A DNA stretch of 64,000 bases, from the NCBI RefSeq assembly GCF_009914755.1, contig NC_060927.1; one strand, 5' to 3'. The stretch is from the human T2T-CHM13v2.0 reference genome, Homo sapiens. Shown piece after piece: positions 51,673-64,000 of the stretch. A program made the position numbers and the translations under genes. The notes beneath the pieces are model-generated. The model saw only the letters and a program-made list of their open reading frames with translations. It was not told the origin of the DNA and made no database searches. Numbering within the stretch: the stretch's first letter is position 1; every line of letters begins with the position of its first letter.

Positions 51673-51842
51673 CAGATGTTCTCAATGTAGACATAAATCA
51701 CCTGGGAGCCTGTACATAATATAGGTTTCTAGGTCTTCCTCCTCCTCACACTAAAGATTGTGATGCAGGGGATCTGGGATTAGTCCCAAGGCTCTGCAAT
51801 CTGGTGCTAACTGGCCCGTGACTACATTTTAAAAACCACATT
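51673..51842. mobile_element. MER5-type hAT-Charlie MITE remnant
   Basis: CAG..GTTCTCAA...AATCACCTGGGAGC...ACTACATTTTAAAAACCAC. Confidence 0.6.
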
Positions 51843-53054
51843 GCCATCTAACTCCCAGCAAAAAGATCCCAAATAACAATGTAAACTTAAAACTTTAGGT
51901 TTTTTGTTCTTTTTGTTCTTTTATATGTTCTGAGCCCTTTTAGCCATATATTATACATTGAGAAAAGTCCCAAATCAGTCCAAGAAACTGAAAGACACTA
52001 GGTGTAGGACTGCAGTTCATACTTATCACCTCTCTTTGGCTGTAGATCTTAGAAGAGAGTTTGACCACCATCCAACCAGAGAACATGCAGAGCCAAAAGC
52101 AGTTTGCTTACCTGGTCTGTTGATGAAAACTGGGTCTGGGTATATTTTTCCTTGTTTAAGGAGAAATAAACAGACAACAGCATGGGATCCATGAAAGACT
52201 ATGATACCACAAGTGAAAGGACAAATTTCCCTAGATAATGAAGAGAAGAATAAACTAAATACACCCCTGAAAATAACACATTATAGAAACAGAAAGAAAT
52301 TTTTATAACATTTTGCAGTCCTCTTTAAAATATAAGAATATATTTTCATTTTAGCAGATGCAGAGAATCATCAGAGAAAAATATGAGATAATTTGACTGG
52401 AAGATGAGATGAAAAGGATAGAAGAAAGAGAAGAGAAGAGGGAAATAAAATAAGAGGTAGAAAGGAATAAAATAGAAAGGGCAGAAAGTAAATCAGCAAT
52501 TGAAGTTAAAACATGAAAACTCTCCTGTAATATATTTTGAACTTCAATTGATTCCAGTTGGTTTATGTGCTACTGGATAAATTCTGCAGCCCAGGAGGAA
52601 AGCTCACCCTTGAAGTATGTTCTCCTAACTTTATCTTTGGATTCCACTCCTCTGCCCGGTCCAGGTACTGTGTCTATCACCAAATAGCTTATCCCAGAGT
52701 TAAGCTGGAGTCTCATTATTTTTTTATAAAAAGAATGCATTTTTCTGCTATTTTTATTTAGCACTTGAAAAAAAATCTAAACTATTTTCATGAAGCACTC
52801 TGCCAGTAAAAGCTCCTTGTCTATCTCTACATTATAGAGCCAAAAGAGCAATACCATGCCAACTACATTGACAAGTACTTGAGGAAGTATTTTTTTGCAT
52901 GGTCGAAGCTCATACTAGAATGGCTTGTGTAATTTTGTTCAATTAAGAACGACCAAAAAGCCACCAAAAGAGGATATTAGCTGTCATCATGCCTTGGATC
53001 TATTATCTTCTACCTAGGAGCTGTGAATGATCCTTTAACTGTTAGTCTTTTTAA

Positions 53055-56650
<3,596 letters not shown>

Positions 56651-56839
56651 TACGTTATGAGCTATTGTGCGTTGTTGATTAGGTTTTAGAATGTTTTTAT
56701 TTCTTTCTTTTCCATGTTTTCTAAATATCCTATAATAAGATTTTTTATGTTTAAACTTAGAAAAATACTTTAAAATAAATATGTATGCATCTAATTATTT
56801 GTTGTATTCCTTAAATATTATTAAAAAAAATAAATCCAC

Positions 56840-58030
56840 AGGACTTCTAGCCATGATGAAATAACAAATATTGAGCTTAGGTTCCTGCTGTAAACAACCA
56901 AAAATCTGGGGAAAATATATGAAACAACTGCTTCCAGACATAGTAAAAGCAGGAAATGCAAAACTTTGATTCCTAAGAGAAGATAACAAACTGACATGAG
57001 TCCCGTACATATACTGGCTTTCTACCTGGATTTAATTACCAAATCATAAATAAACAGTTGGGGAATACAAAGAGAATTCAGTAGGCTTCCCTGAGTTGAG
57101 GTCATGTGGATCAAATTTTGAGAGGTTGAGCCAGCTAGAAATTATGAGTCAAAATTCTTGAAAGTAGACATCTACGTGTACAAATGCTTACATAGGGGTT
57201 CCATTGAGTCTTTGCTGACATGCATAGAAGTAATTCTCTTTCTGGAATAGCCAAAACAATTCTTACTAGATTGACTTTCTTGCAGATAACAATCATAAGC
57301 TCTGGACAAAATGCAAAGGAAATTATCTGAAAGAACTGGATAGTGCAAAACAGCAGGCAGATTCTGGAACTTGGAAGAAAAGCAGGTGTTGTTGTTGTTG
57401 TTGTTGTTTTGTTTTTGTTTTTTCATCTTTCAGCTGAGAAAGCTCTACTTGGCACCATGTAAAGGAGTTAAAACCTAATAATAATAATGTTAAAACCACA
57501 CTATATTTTTCAGCCAAAAAACCTGGAGTATATCTTCTGTTAAGTGAAGGGGCCATGTAGGAGGAGACAGCACTAGACAGAGGGAGTCACAGATTCTGTG
57601 ACACAGTCTGCCAAAGTCTGTAAGCTATGAATGCGTAGCACAGACTTCAAGCTATTTAACTAAAAGCAAAAGAATTAAACTTAGAGTTGAGTTGCTATGC
57701 AAAAGCAGAATTTGAAGTCTAAGTTCAACCAAGGTAATTGCCAGCTAAAACAAACAAAATAAGTGCTATTTTGGGAATAACATGGCAGAATCCAGAGTCC
57801 CTACTACATGACATCAATAATATCAAAAATTGATACAAAATTACTCAATAGTGAAGTGACAGGAAAATATGACTTATTCTCAAGAGAAAAGGTAATCAGC
57901 AGACTCCAAGATAGAATAAACAGAAAGGACCTTAGAGCAGCTATTATTACTATGCTAAATAGAAAAAAAGTTTGTGACAAATTAGCAGATAAATTTTAGT
58001 AGACAAATGGAAGCTATTTAAAAAAACACA
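56840..58030 (+). mobile_element. Ancient L1M 5' region remnant, with (GTT)n at 57386-57422
   Basis: AAAATCTGGGGAAAATATATGAAACAAC; AAGCTCTGGACAAAAT; TTAGAGCAGCTATTATTACTATGCT. Confidence 0.55.
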
Positions 58031-58269
58031 AGAAAATAAACATGAATCTAGACTCTCTGTTCCATTCTGCACAAAATTCAAGAATTATTTTGGTTTATTT
58101 TCTTTCTCAGAAGTCTCTTCCAGATATCAGTTATTACTGAAAATCAATAGTCCTAGAAAATAACCTCAGAGCCATCTATAAATTATTTTTGATTTTCTAA
58201 ATGCTTTAATGTTTGCTATATACAGGGTTACAATCTTGACTGGAGTGTCCTCTCTTCTTTTTCTGCTAC

Positions 58270-58485
58270 ATGGGCATTCACAAACTTCTAAAAGGGGCCA
58301 GAGAGCAAATATTTCAGGTTTTGCAGGCTAAAGGTTCTCTGTTGCAAATACTTAACTCTGCTATTTTAGTGTCAAAGCAGCCATATACAATACATAAGCA
58401 AATATGTGTGGCTGTATTCCAATAAAACTTAATTTACAAAAACAATAATTCAGATTTGATCTATAGCCCATAGTTTATTGACATT
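58270..58485 (+). mobile_element. MER58A hAT-Charlie DNA transposon
   Basis: AAGGGGCCAGAGAGCAAATATTTCAGG...GTGGCTGTATTCCAATAAAACTTAATTTACAAAAAC...CCATAGTTTATTGAC. Confidence 0.85.
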
Positions 58486-61129
58486 TTCTCCCGAATATAT
58501 TTTACCTAATTCAAAATATAGATCAAAATGCATTTTATAGTTAGGCCTTGGAGGACCAAACCATTTCACTTACTCTATAATATCTGTAGTCACTCTAGAA
58601 GCATAAGTGAATAAGAAATTTAAATGAATGTGTGTGGGGGAACTGCTAAGACATGTTACCTGTATATTTGCCTTCTTTCTGATATGAGACTGTAAATTAC
58701 TCAGTTGTAGTCCTCCAAGTCTCTCATTTCTATGCACACAAAAGGTGAACAAACATAGGTTATGATCCTGTTAATCAAGATGATATTAATGTAAACTTCT
58801 TACAAAGTATCCAAGTGATGTTTGCCATGAAAAAAAATCTTAGCAAAGAGAAGGACATCCGCTTTAAACCTATGCTTGATCTGTTTCTGGAGTGATCAAG
58901 TAGTTTGTAGCATAGCCAAGGGAAGAATGGGCATACATGTGGTATTTATCCTTGTTCTTTGGTTTGTAAGACTGAATAAATGGACATAACAAAAATAAAA
59001 CCTAGCATACAGGATGGGCATGAGGCTGTGTTTGGTACAAATATATATACTTACAACACTTATTTGGGCTACTTGGTTAGAAGTGAAAAAAAAAAAGTTA
59101 ATCCACAAACAAATACCAGTATTAAAGCTCATCACAACTGCTTTTAATTATGAATTAACTTTTAAAAGTTAGCTAAATACATCCACCACATTCCATTCTT
59201 CCCAAAAATTTATTAACAAGCTCTCTTGATCTAGGTTCAGTATACCTTTAGCAGTGAAATCAATTTAGTTCCAGTGAAAAAAGTGATTATATTATAATTC
59301 CCTGGATACATTAAGTGTACACAAAAGTCACATATTCCTGTCCTACTGGAGAGCTCTGGCTCACATATGGTTTCGGATATGCCTATTAGAGCCTTAGCTC
59401 AGTTTTGCTCATTTTGGAGTCCTTAAGAATGAGTCCTACTCCTCCATTCCCATACTAAGGCCTTCATGCAATGTGAGTCACTACCATCCTCTCTGATGGT
59501 ATTTTTGTTGAGGTAGATCAGATTTGTGTTGAGCCCTCAAAATAGCAGGCTGTGTTTCTCTGTCCCATACAATATTATCACATCTACGCATCCTCAGCTC
59601 CATCAAATGACTTCCACAAATGCAGTTTATAAGGAATATAAAATATCAACATAGGGAGGCAGAAACCTGTATTTCAACTGCCTCTACTTGTCAATTTAAT
59701 TGGTGCTTTGAGATATATGCTTAAAACACATGGAGTTCATCACTATACTCTCAGTGCTAGCATAATGTCCATCATATGTATGTTTAATAAGTAAATCAAT
59801 AACCTTAAAATAAAAAATTAATAGTTCTTTACAACAATTTGTATTCTATCTCTCAGCTGTACTCTGTTTTACCATCTGTTACAACCAAATTAATTTCAGA
59901 AGTTAAAACTAAACTTTGGAATTATTAATAAAAGGGACACAAAATTACTTTATTTGTTCCCTGCTAATAAGGAACAGAAAGGCCCAAAAGAAGTATATTT
60001 TACATCTTAATCTTCAACATAAAATTGTTTATTTCATTCATAAAAGTATCTTCTTTTTTTCACGAAACCTAGGAAATCAAGAGGGTTTTCATAAAACCTG
60101 GCATATTAAAACAGAATTGCCTCCTGACTTGCCTGTGTTATACGTGTATATATTTCTCTTTGCCACTCCGCGTAAGTTTGAATACAGACAAGGTATGCTT
60201 AAGGGAAAACATAGTAATTTAAAGAGTCATCCTAATCCCAAATCTCATGTAAGTATATGGTTTTCCATATTTAAAATTAACATCCAGCGTAGTCAGGTGT
60301 TCATGAGCCAAGCTACTGCACAAATGAGCCTGATGAAGAGAGACCCACATAACTCAGACGCTAGTCCCACCCCTATCAACAACAGTCTTATGGAATATTA
60401 TTTTGAGAGGCTATTTGTCTTTCAGTATCTGATCCTTTAAGACATGAGAAACATACCCCACCATGGCTTGTCCATACTACTCTACCTCCACTTTCCCAAA
60501 GTTGCCTTTTATTTCCTTACCTCCAAGATAGCACATTTCCTAAGGGTAGCTGATGCTTTCCTACTGTAGTCTGATGAGAATGCTGCTCCAAGAGGTAAAT
60601 GTGGGGTGCAGAGGAAACAATTCTTTACATCTTTACAGCCCCATAAATATCTTTAAAGCAAGAAGGAAACAAAATTAAAAGTATCAAAATAAAAGTATAA
60701 ATGTGACGGAACCAATCAACGTTGCTTATGAGCACCCTCTTCCTGCCTTACACTGTGTCTGCAGGAGTTTAAATATACCAGTGAAGTGTGTGCGTGTGTG
60801 TATAATCAATAAGTACAATAAGAGTTTAAGACATAGTCACTCTTTTCACTTGCTTGTAATCTTGTGGAGGCAAAATTTACCCACTTAAAACAGCAAAAGT
60901 ATAATAAACTCAGAGATGCCTATAGTAAGTATAATAGATATTCAAAAAAGAGAATAGATTGTGTTATATTGTTATATAGAGTCAATTTTAATTTTTCTAT
61001 TAGTGATATTCAAAAGTAATCTTCATTGGTTATCCACACAGTTACTAAGAAATTATCTCACTTATTTAAACTGCTAAAGCTGAACCCTTTCCAGTAAAAC
61101 TAAATCTGAAACTATCACCCCAGAGAGTG

Positions 61130-61365
61130 GAACACAGAGGTTAAGCATACAAACGCTGCAGCTGGAGTGTCTGCACTCATGTTTTGACTTTATTAGGTAT
61201 GTGACCTTGGGCAAATTACCTCACCTCTTTGTGCCTCACTTTCCTAATTTGTAAGGTGGTATATTTCTAAATTTTTCCATGGGATTACAGTGAAAATTAA
61301 GTATCTTCATATTATTTCTAGTATAGTCCCTGCTGGTAAGCATCATGTAAGTTTTCACTATTATT
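61130..61365 (+). mobile_element. MIR SINE
   Basis: GTGACCTTGGGCAAATTACCTCACCTCTTTGTGCCTCACTTTCCT core. Confidence 0.8.
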
Positions 61366-61870
61366 TCAAATACAAGGATTTGTATAAGCATTGTGTAAGC
61401 ATTTGCTATCATTTCTGGTTTCTACCATCAAGTAGCTGATCTTCTCCTACATGGTAATATAATTTGGGAATGATAGAGCAGCACAGTGCCCTGCAACTGG
61501 AAGTTCATGGTTGCTGAATGAAAGAGTCCAAATCAAGCAGAGTACAGATAGGTTGAGTGTGCCCAGAAGGCATTGGAATAAGTTATTTGAAAAAAATGGC
61601 CTAATCCTCCATTTCTTTGAGAAAGAAAACAGAGTTACTTTAAAGGGTTAAGAAGCCTTCACATCCGGAGGCTGACAACCTATGTCGAAATACTAAAATC
61701 ATGTTTGAATGTGCTAGTTTTATGAGGCTGAAGCCTCAATTAGCCAAGGGAGGCCTGTATACATCACTGCTTCTTTCTTCCTGAAGAAGACATGCAGATT
61801 AATTTATTCAATGTCCCGAGATTTTCAGATATAACCATCAGTGCCACACTGCTTGAAAGTGGTAGGAAAT

Positions 61871-62166
61871 GGTTGGGCGCTGTGGCTCACGCCTGTAATC
61901 CCAGCACTGTTGGAGGCTGAGGCGGGTGGATCACCTGAGGTCAGGAGTTCAAGACCAGCCTGGCCAACATGGCGAAACCCCGTCTCTACTAAAAATACAA
62001 AAAATTAGCCAAGCGTGGTGGTGGGCACCTGTAATCCCAGCTACTTGTGAGGCTGAAGCAGGAGAATTGTTTGAACCAGGGAGGTGGTGTTGCAGTAAGC
62101 CGAGATGGCACCTTTGCACTCCAGCCTGGGCAACACAGCAAGACTCTGTCTCGAAAAAGAAAAAAA
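61871..62166 (+). mobile_element. AluSx-type SINE
   Basis: Full length. TSD GAAAGTGGTAGGAA at 61855-61868 and 62167-62180. Confidence 0.97.
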
Positions 62167-62604
62167 GAAAGTGGTAGGAATTTAGACAGACTAGACATGT
62201 TGCCTTAAATCACTCAGTTATGTTTCCTTCTCTCGATAGGGAAATTTTGTATTCCCTTTTCTTTACACGAAAAGTCAGAAAGTTCACATCTACCTTCATA
62301 GTTGAAAGAGGAGGGCCCGGTTTGACTGGGAATAGCCTTGAAGATAATTGTCTTCATTCCATACCTTATTTTTGCTTCTGTAATGTTTTACAAAGACTTT
62401 TTTCAAAAGTCACTTTTACACCTATTGTTTGCATATAACCTCACAAAAAAAGCAGTTGTCTTTATCCTCATTTTTTAATGAGTAAACTGTGGATTAAAGA
62501 CATAAAATGTTTTTATTCAATCACCTTTTCACAGCAAAAATGGGACTAATCCAAGTTTGGCTGGCCCTCAAACCCCTTCTCTTTCTAATCTTCATTGCTG
62601 AATA

Positions 62605-62876
62605 TTTTTTTAAATTTTTCAGAGACACAGTGCAGTGGCATAATTACAGCTCACTGCAGCCTTGAACTCCTGTGTTCAAGGAATCCTCCCACCTCAGCCT
62701 CTCAAGTATGTAAGACTACAGATGTGGGCCACCATGCCTGGCTATTTTTTTTTTCTGTAGAAACAGAGTCTTACTATGTTGTCCAGGCTGGTCTTAAACC
62801 CCTAGGCTCAAGTGATCCTCCTGCCTCAGCCTCTCACAGTGCTGGGATTACAGGTGTGAGCCACTGTGCCTCACCT
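62605..62876 (-). mobile_element. AluJ-type SINE with a small deletion near its 3' end
   Basis: CAGAGACA|CAGTGCAGTGGC junction lacks about 25 bp; J-type arms. Confidence 0.9.
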
Positions 62877-63147
62877 GAAAATTTGAATTTTCTTAGCTTC
62901 AGGTAAAAATGCAAAAATAGGGCTGTAAAATTACTTGGAGAAAATGTATTAATGTAACTTATATTGCTTTATAGTTTATCCAGTTATATTTGTAACCAAG
63001 AGGAATGAAAAATGATTGTTTACTGTCTTTCTCCCAAATCCTCTTGACCCTTTCCCATAAGGGAGAATCTCAATTAACATACAACTTCACGTTTTATATT
63101 GTGAGTTTCCATGAACTTCCTTTTCAGTATTTCTTGGATTCTTCAAA

Positions 63148-63244
63148 TCAACCCCACACAGCTGATAGACAACTGGAGTTTACCCTTTTCCTCAACCCCA
63201 CACAGCTGATAGACAACTGGAGTTTACCGTTTTCCTCAACCCCA
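63148..63244. repeat. 44-bp tandem duplication (2.2 copies)
   Basis: 63148-63191 equals 63192-63235 with 1 mismatch, followed by TCAACCCCA. Confidence 0.97.
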
Positions 63245-63344
63245 ATCTTCCAAACAAGAGAAAAAAAAATCCCACGATCAGGGTACAAAGAGCTTTACTG
63301 AACTCTTAAAAAATGTTCATACCCCATTCTCTTTTTGAAAAATT

Positions 63345-63480
63345 GACGCATTCATACATTCACCAAAATATTTACTAAGAAACTATGATAAGCTGAGCTC
63401 TGGAATATATGTAGGGAAAGAGATTTTAAAAGTAATAATACAATGAAATAAATTATGATCTCAAAGTGCTTACGTTCAGT
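63345..63480 (-). mobile_element. L2 3'-end remnant
   Basis: CATTCATACATTCACCAAAATATTTACTAAG...TGATCTCAAAGTGCTTAC. Confidence 0.6.
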
Positions 63481-64000
63481 GAAACAGCCCAGTTGCAAAG
63501 CTATATTTTAATGCTATATGTTTAATGCTCTGAGATGTCTAGGGAAGCCTTCCTGGGGAAATGTCATAACATATAAAAAAAGACCCAGATCTTGTAGCAA
63601 CACTAAACATTGGAGGAAGAGGAAACACCTGTTTCCACTGAAATGGCACCAGTACCACTGTAAGTTGGCTGGGAACAAGATGGAAAATGGGGCGTGGAAA
63701 GAGTTGGTGCTCCCCTTTCCCCTTCCAAAATATTTTTTAACATATAGATGAAGTCAGCATTGAGACAAATTTAAAGCGAAAGGAGTATACAAGCAACCTG
63801 GAAGCAAAAGGGTGGAGTGGGGAGGGCTTTCCATCATCTTCCATTGAGGTGTTGTAGGAAGGATTGCCTAAGGTGAGTCTGTACAGCCACTTCACTACTT
63901 CCTTCTGTCTCTCAAATATTTCCAGATTCATCGGAAAGGTCAGGCACAAATCAGTGACCCTGGGGCATAAGAAAAAGTACACAAATAAAATACAAGAATG

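Noticed and set aside
59916-60440. 174-aa ORF in unique DNA (also 47424-47870, 148 aa)
   Set aside because: TTG start, AT-driven composition and no recognisable domain; consistent with chance ORFs.

Overview
AT-rich, repeat-dense primate genomic DNA, most likely human or great ape because it carries L1PA2/3-type and AluS/AluJ elements. I find no recognisable cellular protein-coding gene, RNA gene or CpG island. Every long ORF in the track is a broken LINE-1 ORF1/ORF2 or an Alu read-through. The window holds a near-full-length dead L1PA2/3 (minus strand), several truncated, inverted or internally deleted L1s, 10 Alus, THE1/MLT1/MLT2 solo LTRs, DNA-transposon fossils and L2/MIR/CR1 remnants. 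The most interesting signals are insertion and repair scars. (1) An L1 3'-transduction sits inside an MLT2 LTR (41213-41733). (2) A complex L1 junction appears to combine twin priming with a snap-back that copied about 70 bp of flank into a long hairpin (43440-44091). (3) A twin-primed inverted L1 carries a 215-bp templated internal copy. (4) There are several template-switch hairpins and duplications. A few exon-like segments on the minus strand are weak candidates for a non-coding transcript. I see no support for a novel gene system. Repeat subfamily names come from recalled consensus features and need RepeatMasker/Dfam confirmation.
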